A DNA stretch of 63,628 nt, counting the filler, from Reclinomonas americana ATCC 50394 (lineage: Eukaryota), in assembly GCA_048213135.1 (NCBI GenBank). It is 16 parts of 16 records of this genome, joined end to end, with 100 filler letters (N's around TTAATTAATTAA, not from the genome) between each part and the next. Parts side by side here need not be neighbours in the genome. Positions count along the whole stretch, not along the records: positions 47,501 to 51,011 come from AFZH01021837.1; positions 51,112 to 54,237 come from AFZH01021838.1; positions 54,338 to 55,772 come from AFZH01021839.1; positions 55,873 to 61,233 come from AFZH01021842.1; positions 61,334 to 63,628 come from AFZH01021845.1; 11 more parts are not named here. One strand, 5' to 3'. Each line of letters starts with the position of its first letter. Position 1 is the first letter of the stretch. The notes beneath the pieces were generated by a model. The model saw nothing but the letters and a program-made list of their open reading frames with translations, ran no database searches and was not told the DNA's origin. Below, piece by piece: positions 50,636-61,984 of this stretch. Both the position numbers and the translations under genes were made by a program.

Positions 50636-50951
50636 TTAGGCCGTCTTGACTTCACCGCAGTCGGCAATCACCACGTCGGCAGTGGTGGCGCCGGATGGTG
50701 ACGTGCCCTGCTTCTCCATCTCCTGGACGACCTCCTGGCCCTCCACGACCTCGCCGAAGACGGTGTGCTTGCCGTCCAGCCAGCTGGTCACGACTGGGGT
50801 GGGGGGGAAGGATGAGGGAAAGGATGAGGAGAAGGGTGAGGGAAAGGGTGAAAAGAAGGGGGGACAAGGATAAGGAAGCAGAGTGAGAAGCGGGAACACG
50901 GGATCAGGAAAAAAGATTCAAGTGAGGAGACTGCGAGCGTGATAGATAGAG

Positions 50952-51006
<55 letters not shown>

Positions 51007-51304
51007 AAGAGNNNNNNNNNNNNNNNNNNNNNNNNNNNNNNNNNNNNNNNNNNNNTTAATTAATTAANNNNNNNNNNNNNNNNNNNNNNNNNNNNNNNNN
51101 NNNNNNNNNNNGAACAGCGAAGCAGGAAAGGAGCACGAGGACAAAGGGAACGGGAGAGAGAGAGAGCGAGAGAGCGAGAGAACGTGTGTGAGAGAGAGAG
51201 AAGGAAAGAGAGAAGGAAAGGGGGACAGGATTGCCACAAACTAAGTGAGAGCACATCTCCTTCTTGTCTCTCCAGCTTTCTCTCTCTCTCTCCTGCTTTC
51301 TCTT

Positions 51305-51337
<33 letters not shown>

Positions 51338-54084
51338 CTTAAAAGAGAGAGAGCGAGAGCAACCAAGAGAGGATCACATCACCCTGAGTAACTCCCAGTG
51401 CAGAAAAAACATGAGAAGCGGGAAGAGGGAAGAAGGAGAAGGGTTGAATGGGAAGGGGGCGAGGGACCGAGAAACAGAGGCGGAGAGACTGGAAAATAGA
51501 GACAAAGAGGGGTTGCGGGAAGGAAGCAGCGAGAAGAAAGAGGAAATGCGTGACAATATGGAAAAGGGATTCGGGAACTCAATCGTCGAATGGAGCGAAG
51601 AAAGAAAAAACAGGAAGAGGCAAGCACAGAGACAAATCTTCGAGAAGGAGTGTCATGGAAGGAAAAACAGAAGATAGAGGCACCACTTCTTCCATGCTTT
51701 CCTTTCCCTTTCTATAGCACTCACCGGTGGTGATGAAGAACTGAGAGCCGTTGGTGTTGGGGCCGGCGTTAGCCATCGACAGCAGGTACGGGCGGGTGTG
51801 CTTCAGGTTGAAGTTCTCGTCGTCCTGCAGGGGGGGTGAGCAGAGTGCGACGTCAATGGCACATCTTGACAGGTACGCAACGAACTTGCGGCCGTAGATG
51901 CTCTCGCCGCTGTGCGCGTCACAGAGTGAGTGAGAATGATGGTGATCGCAAGACAGGTGTGGAGAAACGCACCCGCGGCCGTCACTGTTGGCGATGGGGG
52001 TAAAGATACACAAGATGGTGAGACTCTGGAAGCATTCGGACACAAACAGTCAACGAACCCACGGGTGAAATCGCTGTGCAAGAGAATGCAACAATCAGCA
52101 ACGCAGATGCAGAATCGACGTGCAGTACACAAGACTTACCCCTGTTGTCAATACAGACGAGTGATGCAGACGAAGAAAGGTGAGCAATATACAGGAGTGA
52201 GAGGAATGGGAGGGATGGGAAACGAAACTCCCTGGCACCTGCATTTACACACAACAACGTGAGCGTCTTATTTCAGCAGTTGAAGATACAGCGGGTATTA
52301 CGCACATGAAGCTCGGGATGATGCGGTGGAACTGTGGCAACGAAACACGCGAATGTTAGTCACAACGACGAGAGGGAATGGAAGGGGAACGGGCAGGAAG
52401 AGAGGAGAAGGAAAGAGATGACAGGAGAAGGAAAGAGATGCGAGGAGAAGGACAGCGAGGAGAAGAGAGAGCGATGGAAGGAGAAGAGGAGAAGGGAAAA
52501 CAAGAAAACGAGACTTGAGAACGAACGAGAGCAAACAGAAGACCACGACGGCGAGGAGAAGAGGGAGCGATGGAAGGAGAGAGGAGGATGAAGAAGGAGG
52601 AAGAGAAAAAACAAGAAAACGAGACTCGGTAACATGCAACGAAGGCGAGGAAAAGATGGAGCGACGGAAGGGGGAAAGCGGAGAACAAAAACTAGAAGAG
52701 TGAGGCACAAGAAGAAAGCAAGGGACAAGAAAATGACAGCAGATGGCGAGAAAGGATGGATGGAACAGGCGAGAAGAAACCGAGTTGACTTCTCTTCTTT
52801 GAGTGAGGGGGGAGAGGTGTGCACAAACACACACACAATTTCTCATTATGCCCCCCTCTCTCCCTCTCTGCGTGCATGTGTGTGTGTTCTTCCTCATTCA
52901 CTCTGTCTCTCTCTTCCCCCATCTCTCTCTCTCTCTCTCTCTCCCCTCTCCTTCCCGCGCACGCTAACCTTGCTGCCCTTGTAGCTGATCGCCAGGAACA
53001 CACGCAAAGGCAACAAATGTGAGACAGAGATCAGCAGTTCATACTGAACTCGACAGGCGAACGCACTGCAGCGACTTGCCGCTCCTGCACACACACAATC
53101 ATGAGCTACCACAATGAGGACAAATCAATGACATGCACTGACAACTCACGCTCCCGTGCCCTTCTCGCCCGTGCACAGAGCGCGGAAGTTCTCGGCTGCG
53201 CGCAGAGCACAAGTGTTAGCGCGGTGGGAGGCAAGGGGAAAGGTCGAGCAAATGCAACTCACCAGTCTGTGGGATGAAGGAGAATCATCGGCAGGAGCAA
53301 TTACAGTGCGATGTGAGCACGATGGAGCTCAATCAGAAGTCGTGGATTGCACACGTACCCTCGGGACGACGTCGGCTGCGATGAAGAATGAGAATCGCGT
53401 CCAACGAGAAGCATCGAGAAACAAGAAACTCACCGAACAGCTCGAACACAACACGGCCGGCCTTCTTGCCGCCAATCTGGAGAGCAGGAATAGAGTGAAT
53501 GCGCTGCAGCAAGTGGTCGCTGGCTTTCCGTCTCCTCTCTTGCCCATGCGATCTCTGCTGTCTCTTCTCCTTCATCCGAATGCTTGGGTCGCTCCGTCTT
53601 TCACACTAACACACGAACGACTTCATCCCTCTCCATTCCTCTCACACACACAAACGAACAACGAAGACTGCGCTGCGTTTCTGTGTGCACCCTTTCACTC
53701 GCTGGTTTCTGGCTCTTCACTTTATCACACTCCTTCCCCATTCAAGCCGTTCTCTCTCAAACACACAGTCTACAACTTCTCTGTCTCTCATTGGCGAACT
53801 AATGAACAAGTTTGTCTCTGCACCGCTGTCTGATCGAGTCGTTCTGTCACACACAAGTACAATCGTACAACTCAGTCCCTGCAGCTCTCTCTTTCTCTCT
53901 CGCTCTCTCTGCACTCATGCACAACATTGCCTTTGCAAGCGCTGTCGCTCATTGAGTCGCTCTCTCTCACAAACGCACAAACTTTACTCCCTGCAGCACT
54001 GTTTCTCTCGACCCTTCTCTCTTCTCTCTCTCACACACAAAATCAAACGCACAACTTACTCCCTGGAACACTGTTTCTCTCGCC

Positions 54085-54139
<55 letters not shown>

Positions 54140-54172
54140 CTCTCTCTCTCTCTACTCTACTCGTACTCTACT

Positions 54173-54214
<42 letters not shown>

Positions 54215-54421
54215 CTCTCGTCGTCGTACTCGTACGTNNNNNNNNNNNNNNNNNNNNNNNNNNNNNNNNNNNNNNNNNNNNTTAATTAATTAANNNNNNN
54301 NNNNNNNNNNNNNNNNNNNNNNNNNNNNNNNNNNNNNCCCTTAACCTACCCTAACCTACCTACCCTACCTACCTTACGTACGTACGTACGTACGTACGTA
54401 CGTACTCGTACGTACCGTACT

Positions 54422-54507
<86 letters not shown>

Positions 54508-55049
54508 GATGCATTGTCCAACGGAATTGCTGTCTCATTCATTTCCTTTCTCTCCCCCTCTCTCCTCCTTCTCCTCCTTCTCCTTTCCCAGTCCCTCCCT
54601 CCCTCTCACTGCACTCACCGTAATGTCGAAGAACCTGGACATGTCCCAAAGTGCACAAGGAAAAATACACACACACAAAACACACACGCAGAGTGAGTGA
54701 ATCGCTCACATTCTCTCTCTCTTTCCACTTCCTCATCTCTCTATCTCTCTGCACACGTGCATGCACGCGTGTGCAAAAGACAAGTCAAAAATAGGCATGT
54801 CACACGCACACACAACACCCCACACACACGCACACACAGCATGCAACTCGCCTCTCTCTCACACTCTCTTAGTGCTAGTCAGTGCAAGTGCGTGCGTGCG
54901 TGACAAGCGCAAGGCGAGAAGCGCGTGCAATGTCGTGACGTAAAAGACAACAAAAAATGATCGTGTTTCTTTGCTTTGTGCGCGCAGAGTGTTGTGCGAG
55001 TGTGTGAGTGGCGTGCCAGATCGTAACGCAACACACGCGGGTTGCCCAT
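50636..55049 (-). CDS. Divergent-loop cyclophilin (16 exons, 15 introns)
   Basis: Reconstructed [137 protein letters not shown]...DCGEVKTA*. All introns are GT-AG. Confidence 0.95.
50941..51005. repeat. (GATA)n microsatellite
   Basis: Seen directly in the sequence. Confidence 0.95.
52140..52141 (-). other. 2-nt microexon (GG) of the cyclophilin
   Basis: Minus strand reads tgacaacAG|GG|GTAAGT. It is needed for the second Gly of QGGDF and to keep the frame. Confidence 0.88.
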
Positions 55050-55872
55050 TGCGGAGAGAATGCGATGAAATGAAAAAATGCACTTGTCCTGTGTGTCCGC
55101 TGATGAAAAAACGTGGGATCTGGGCTTTCCCTCTCCCATTTGCTGCGGCTTCTATGCAGTCTGCATTGTACGCATGCGTTGACGCTGCATGGTGATTTTT
55201 CAGAGCAAAAAAAGTTGAGAAACTCCGAGGTTATTGTCCATCTCGAGCTGCTCAAGGCCCAGGCCGGCAACGAACTCGATGACAGGTGCGGTACAAAGGC
55301 GAGCAAGCTAAGGCATGTCTTCCTGTACCCTAACCGATGCGTGATGGTGATCAGCGTCTTTTTCTACCCGTGTACCCTTCGAATTCGAATTCATGATCAT
55401 CCGCGTGCGTGGAATCGCTGTTCCTCGACCCTTGACCCTTGATCCTTTACCCTTTACAGGACAAGGCGCAGATCAGCTTTATCCAACCGCCGCTGCCTTT
55501 TGCAGAATGCTTCTTGGTGTTTGTGGTGACGAGCAAATTTAAACACGCGTGATCTGGCTCCGAGAATCCAACCTCCGCACCCGGTCAACGCGCAAGCCAA
55601 ACACCGTGCCCTTCTTCTGCGCACCAAGCCCTCCACTATACAACATGCAAGTCTCTGCAGAACGCGCCTGGCACGCTACAATCGTCAACGTCGCATATCG
55701 ACGTCGCACTCGAAATCCTCATTCCAACTCTCCATACAACGAGACGCACTATACGCCTACTACGCAAAGTCANNNNNNNNNNNNNNNNNNNNNNNNNNNN
55801 NNNNNNNNNNNNNNNNTTAATTAATTAANNNNNNNNNNNNNNNNNNNNNNNNNNNNNNNNNNNNNNNNNNNN

Positions 55873-55910
<38 letters not shown>

Positions 55911-55979
55911 AGAGAGAGGAGAGAGAGAGGAGAAGAGGAAGGAGAAGGGGGAAGAGGGAGGAGAGCTATGAAGTGCGCA

Positions 55980-58900
55980 TAACTGAAGTAATCGGTTCTG
56001 CACACTGCGCAGGGAGGCAATCAGTGGTGGCGAGGTCGGAATCGGTGGACACAGCTGTGCGGTGCAAGAAAAGGTGAGTATACCAATGGAAGGGTCAAGA
56101 ACAGGGATGCAGACGCACTGGACACTGGGTGGCGTGGTGGACAAACTCGTGAAACATGGATCGGCGGAGTTCGGTGAGCTCACCGGCACCTGCGTGACAT
56201 GGAGATGTTAACAAGGCTGCATAGCGAAACTCACTGCGATTAAACTCTTCAGCGTCAACACTGTTGCAGACGAAGCACAGAATGCACACAGAAAGCAAAG
56301 AATTTTGGCAGTAAGAATCTGTCTTCCGCCAGCATCAATTGATATGTCGGAGGCTCTACCGTAAAGTGCTTCTTTTCTGCTCCCCACTTGTCCATCCTCG
56401 TCAACTCATTCTTTGCATTCGTACAGAACTCTGCTACAGTATGTACGCAGAGAGGCAGGATCGGCTGAAAAACATATCTTCTTCAAGCATCGTGACAATG
56501 CAGTCAGGGACTCAACAATCCACCGCCATGGAGTGTTTTTCTGCTGCTTCCCACTGTCCATCCTCGTCAATTCACGCTTTGCTATGCTCTGCTGCCTACT
56601 CTCGGCACAAATATCTTCAACTGCTCACACTCGCCAACAATCACTCTCCAAAACATCCTCGTCAACTCTTCATGCACAGATCGCCACTTACCACTGCTCA
56701 GACAGATATTCCTATCCAGTTCCGTCTGTGTTGCTCTCCACTACTCATCCTCGCCAACTAATTCTGTGCTGCTCAGACAGACATTCCTATCCAGTTCTTT
56801 CTGTGTTGCACTCCACTACTCATCCTCGCCGACAAATTCTGTGACGCTCAGAGAGACATTCCCATCTTCGTTGCTCTCCTTTTCCCACAACTACCAACAT
56901 TCTCTTCGCTTCTATCCACTTTCCCAGTCTGCACACGCAACGTGCATCGCCCAGCCGCTTCAGCACACTTCGCACAAGTCCGCGATTCACACGCTTGCGG
57001 CGACGCGAGATATTGCCGACGAGATCGGCGAGATTGCATGGCACAACGCCTGCGACTTGCTGAGTTTGCACACTCAAGATCATCGATGAAAAAAATCACA
57101 CGATCTCACCTTGCAGGTTTGCAGCAATCTGTCGCGACACGCGCAGAAAGCGGTGAAACTCCGACGCCGTCTGCGTCTTCCACTGCAGCTCGTATGCGCT
57201 GAATGCGTGGCACAGGAGCTTGTACTCGGCAGCCGCCGTTGTCACTGATAAAAGAGTGAGTTGTCGCTTGTGCGCAGACACGACGGCGGACCAGAGTTCA
57301 GCGCACCGGCAAACTCGAGCACATCCAGCGACGACACTGAGCAGTAAACGAGCGCTGTCACTGCTGCGCCCTGGCGCAGAGCGTGGACGTTGGAGAGGCG
57401 GAGGCGGCAGCCTGTGAATTAGGGAAAGGGGGGTGAGGGAAAGGGGTGAGAGAAGGGTGGAGAAAAGAAAAAGAGAGGCGGGCATCAGGGATTGGAGATG
57501 AGACAGAGCGGACCAGAGATGAGAGGGCGAAGGGCGAGAGATGGGTGAGCAACACAAGGAACGTGAAAGAGACAAGTAGAAAGAAGCAGCACAATGATGG
57601 ACAACGGGAACAGGGAGAAGGGAGATGCGAGGCGGGACATGGGAAAAGGAGGAAGTGAGACAAGGGATGAGAAGCCCCAGCAAAAATGAAGGGGGAAGCG
57701 AGACTGGATAGAGACGCAACCGACAGGAAAAGGAGAGAGGGAACTGAGATGGACAAGGGGAGTAGAGAGGATGAAGGAGCGAATGGAGGCGAAAACGAAA
57801 TGAGAAAAGAGAAAAGGGAGAGAGCGGGAACTTAGATGGACAACGGGAGAAGAGAGGAAAGGGAAGCGAAGGGAGGCGAAAACGAAGTGAGAAAAGAAAG
57901 AAGGGGGAGAGCGAGAACTGAGATGGACAACGGGAGTAGAGAGGAAAGGGAAGCGATGAAATGAGAAAAGAGAGAAGGGAGAGGGCGAGAACTGAGATGG
58001 ACAGCGGGAGTAGAGAGGAAGGGGAAGCGAAGGGGTGGCGAAAACGAAGTGAGAAAAGAGAGAGGGGGAGAGCGAGAACTGAGATGGACAACAAGGGGAG
58101 TAGAGAGAAAAGGGAAGCGAAGGGAGGCGAAAACGAAGTGAGAAGAGAGAGAACTGAAATGGACAAGGGGAGTAGAGAGGGTGGAGGAGCGAATGGAGGC
58201 GAAAACGAAATGAGAAAGGAGACAAGGGGGGAGCGAGAATTGAGATGGACAACAGGAGTAGAGAGGCGCAGATAATACGAAATGAGAAAGGAGAGAAGGG
58301 AGAGGGAGAAGGGACGACTTGTTGACGTCTCCGAATGAGTCACGAGAACAGAGAGTCTTGCAGACAATACGGTCGTCCCTTCTCCCTCTCCCTTCTCTCT
58401 TTTCTCATCTCGTGCTATCTGCGTCTACTCCCGAAGTTCCATGAAATGTGAAGAAGAAAGAAACAGACGACACGGGCTACATGCGAGTGAGCGGGATATG
58501 AAACAAAGGACTGGCGACAGAACCAATGAAACGAGACGCTCACCAACTCGCAGTGCCCGTCCCATGCGATCTGGCATGCTGACATGTGTGAGATACAAAT
58601 GAATGTCGTCGTCGAGTTCATAGATGCCGTCCTCCAGCAGCAAGGTGATGGTCCTGCATGATGGCGACGAGGTGGAGGGGAGTGATGAGGACAACGAAAA
58701 GGAAAGAGAGGACGAGAAGCATAAGTGCAGCAAATGAGAAAGGTGATGCTTCTGCATGATGGCGACAAGGTGGAGGGGAGTGATGAGGACAACGAAAAGG
58801 AAAGAGAGGACGAGAAGCATCAGTGCAGGTTGTCACCTCTTTTGACGTGAATCTGCTCTAATCTCCTGACTAAACACCCTTCTCCACTTACGCCCACTCA

Positions 58901-60770
58901 CCCAATGTAGTGTAGGAGCTCCGGTATGGGTGAACTACCACTGCCACCGCCGACTCCCGTCGACTCGAGACTCGCCAGCTGCGACAGTGAAGCATGGGAG
59001 TACACTGTCTCTCCGCCGCCACTCGCCTGCGATTGTGACATAATCGACACGCGACACGACGGGCCGATCGCCGCTGGTGGGGGCATGGCGGCCGCCGAGG
59101 AGCTCTCACTGCGCAGCGACGCACAGAGTGAGTCATCAACAATTCGGTGAAGGGAATCAAAGCCCCATCAAAGTGTACCTCCACTCCACACCCTCCACCG
59201 ACACGCACAACGGCGTTGGCGCTAATCGCGGCGCGCCCACATTGTGCGCGGCAGCGCAGGCGAGGAACATGGGTGGATTGCCGCGATCGTCGCCCGGTGC
59301 GATTGCCGTGCAATCGGTGAAGAGGAACGGCAAGCCGACCTGCACGAAATGCCGCATCGCACACGCCTCGGTGCCCCAGCACAAGAGGACGACAGAGAAC
59401 AAGGCATCTGGTGGTCAAGATGGGTGAGAAGGCGTGAGAGACGACTGTGGCTCAATAAAACAGACCAGCCTCGTCTGCCAACTCAATCAAAAAGTGCGGT
59501 GCGGCATCGGCTGCCACGGAAGCTGGCAGGGTGGGCAACACGGCCGGCAATGGGAATGGTCCGTGTGCGAGGGACCTGCGATCAAGCTTGAATATCCAGA
59601 AAAGGCAGAGATTCCAAGACAGATACAAACCCCACTGCCGACACCAGGCCGCGAACGTGCCACCGGACGTGACGCTGTGCCGTGGACAGACGATCGCACA
59701 GCTGGCGAACGCTGGAGATGGACATGGGGAATCGACCGCGGAGGATGGGTGGGACGGGGGTGGCTGGGGCGGAGGTAGGTAGCAATTCGGCCAGTGGGCG
59801 CATGCGGTCCGCGCATAGTTCGAAGTAGGCAAGGGAGCGGACGAGGTCGCTGCGGGGGCAAAGGGGGAAGGGAAAGGGAGAGGGGGAACAGGTGAAAGAA
59901 AAGGGGAAAGGGGGAAGGGAAAATGGGAAAGGGGAAGGAGGGGGCAGAAAGCAGGGGGGCAAAGAGCGAGATTTTAGAAAATCAATGAGATGCAGATGCA
60001 ACACAAGGGCAGGCCGGGGACAAGAGAGCGAGAGAGAAAGTGCATGCAGCGGCGAAAGGCAGATGTAGATGTACACTGGGAGATGGGTGTTCTTCGTGCA
60101 AGATCGCACCAGCAGAACACGAGGGAACGAGATTGAAGGAGAAGGCAGAGTACATGATGCCGAGAGAAGAAATCCGGAAGAAACGAGAGGACGAGAGGGC
60201 GGCGGTATTGAAACGAATGACTCAGACCAGAAGAAGAAGAAGAAGATGGAAGAGGAGTAGAACGAGGAAAAAGAGCAGAGAGCATGGTAGCAAGAGAATG
60301 GGAGCAGAAGTAAAGAGAGAATAAGGCATGGGACGTTGTGAAGGAAGTAATAATCGTATTGCATGTGAAGACAAGAATGCACAGGCGAAAAGGTTGAGCA
60401 ACTGTTGAAAGATAGTACAGCCTGTGCAAAGTAGAAACCGAAGCGAGAGGCGAGAAGGGAAGAAGGACTGACAAGTGGAGCGAAACAACGTCGTGGAAGC
60501 ACACACCGGCAGTTTTCGACGGTGACGGGTGTGTCGGCCACCTCCAAGAAGCGCTTTGCCACGGCCTGCAGGCATCGACATCAATGGCAGCACGTAATTC
60601 GTGCACCCCGTTGACCCTTGCAGCGCACCTCTGCTCCCTGCTCCCGAACGCGCACGAGCTGCCAGGCTTCGACGACCAGCCATCCACAGTACAGCAGCGC
60701 CATGCTGGGCAACGGGTGGCCGCGCAGCTCCACGATAGCTTCGCCGGTTCCATCGCAGACATGGAGAGAG
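55980..60770 (-). CDS. CTC1: CST complex subunit CTC1 homolog (N-terminal and central OB folds; ends uncertain)
   Basis: Motifs in CTC1 order: LHVCDGTGEAIVEL...W.L; FLEVADTPV; HVRGLVSAV; RHFVQVGLPFLFT; LLHYIG-TITLLLEDGIYELDDDIHLYLTH...RALRVGCRLRLSNVH...LVYCSVSSLDVLEF; RRSMFHEFVHHATQCP. They parallel human CTC1 as recalled (LYVRDNTG; YSGAVT...GLYELDG...RPGVCLQLQDVH; RNAHNEILEEPHHCP). A possible C-terminal exon ends at TAA 55539. Confidence 0.72.
56370..56830. repeat. Degenerate ~75-nt tandem repeats in a CTC1 intron
   Basis: Recurring ccact(a/t)ctcatcctcg(c/t)caac cores. Confidence 0.75.
57720..58431. repeat. Purine-rich ~60-nt tandem repeats ending in an inverted repeat (CTC1 intron)
   Basis: Units gaactgagatggacaa.gggagtagagagg and ggcgaaaacgaa(a/g)tgag; inverted arms at 58255-58318 and 58372-58431. 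Confidence 0.85.
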
Positions 60771-61423
60771 GAGAGGGTCACTGGCAAAGGCAAAGGGGGA
60801 AAGGGGCAAAGGGGCAAAGGGCAGGTAGGTGAGAGAGCGACAAGCAATTGTTACTCTCTGTCCCTCGATTTGTGTTCGTGTGTGCATGAGTAAGTGAGTG
60901 AACAAGAGTGAGTAAAGGAGTGAGTGAGTAAGTGAGTAAGTAACAGGGAGTGATAGAGTAAGTGAGTGAGTAACAGGGACTGAGTGAGTAACAGGGAGTG
61001 AGTGGAAGAGTGTGTGTGTGTGTGTGTGGTGCAACTGTTCTCAACAGGATCCGTTTGCGACAGACAGGTCATTTTCCCCTCTTCTTCCTCATACTCAATC
61101 TCATACACACAAGACACGCAACAACCCCCTTTGAAAGATCCGGAACTCACTCCCATCGTCGCTCTCTGTCTCCGTACCTCACTCTACTTCTCACAAACAC
61201 AGCAAACTTTCGAGTTGTCGCTGTCTCGCAAAANNNNNNNNNNNNNNNNNNNNNNNNNNNNNNNNNNNNNNNNNNNNTTAATTAATTAANNNNNNNNNNN
61301 NNNNNNNNNNNNNNNNNNNNNNNNNNNNNNNNNTAACGTAACGTACGTACCGTACCGTACCGTACGTACGTACGTACGTACGTACGTTACCTTCCGTTAC
61401 GTTCGTTCGTTCGTCGTTCTACG

Positions 61424-61490
<67 letters not shown>

Positions 61491-61984
61491 GTCTGCTCAC
61501 TCTCTTATCTGTTCTCTGACTGACCTGGTCTCACATTCTGTCGTCGTATGATCCCCGCCGCTCGTACGCTGGATCACTCTCTTCTAGCTCTCTTTCGTTC
61601 TTGCTGCCGGTAATCCACTCATCTCTCTCTCTCTCTCTCTTTCCCTCCGTGCGCATCGTGGCTGCATGCCACGAGAATTTGACCCTGTACTCTTCTCCTT
61701 CCTTCAACACTATCTCCTCGCCTTCACCCCCCTTCTCCACTCACCAGCGGCTGCGATCACACTCTTCTTTCTCACATGCATGCTACGGTTGCTGTCAGTC
61801 AACCTCTGCATTCGCTCATTCTCTCTCTTCTTTCTCACTTTCATTCTTGCTGCCGGTAATCCACTCTTCTCTCTCGCTCTTTCCCTCTGTGCATATCGTG
61901 GCGGCATACCACGTGAATTCGACCCTGCACTCTTCTCTCCCCCTCAAGACGATCTCGTCACCATCACCCCCTTTCTCCACTCAC

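Noticed and set aside
54338..54420. CCCTTAACC/CCCTAACC telomere-like start and (TACG)n run
   Set aside because: It lies at a contig end inside a cyclophilin intron and decays into TACG cycles, typical of 454 flow-order noise. It is not a telomere.
56930..57000. CxxC...HxxC PHD-like pattern in one minus frame
   Set aside because: That frame contains stops; another frame gives an open exon of the CTC1-like gene.
61334..61425. (ACGT)n palindromic array
   Set aside because: Same contig-end pyrosequencing artefact.
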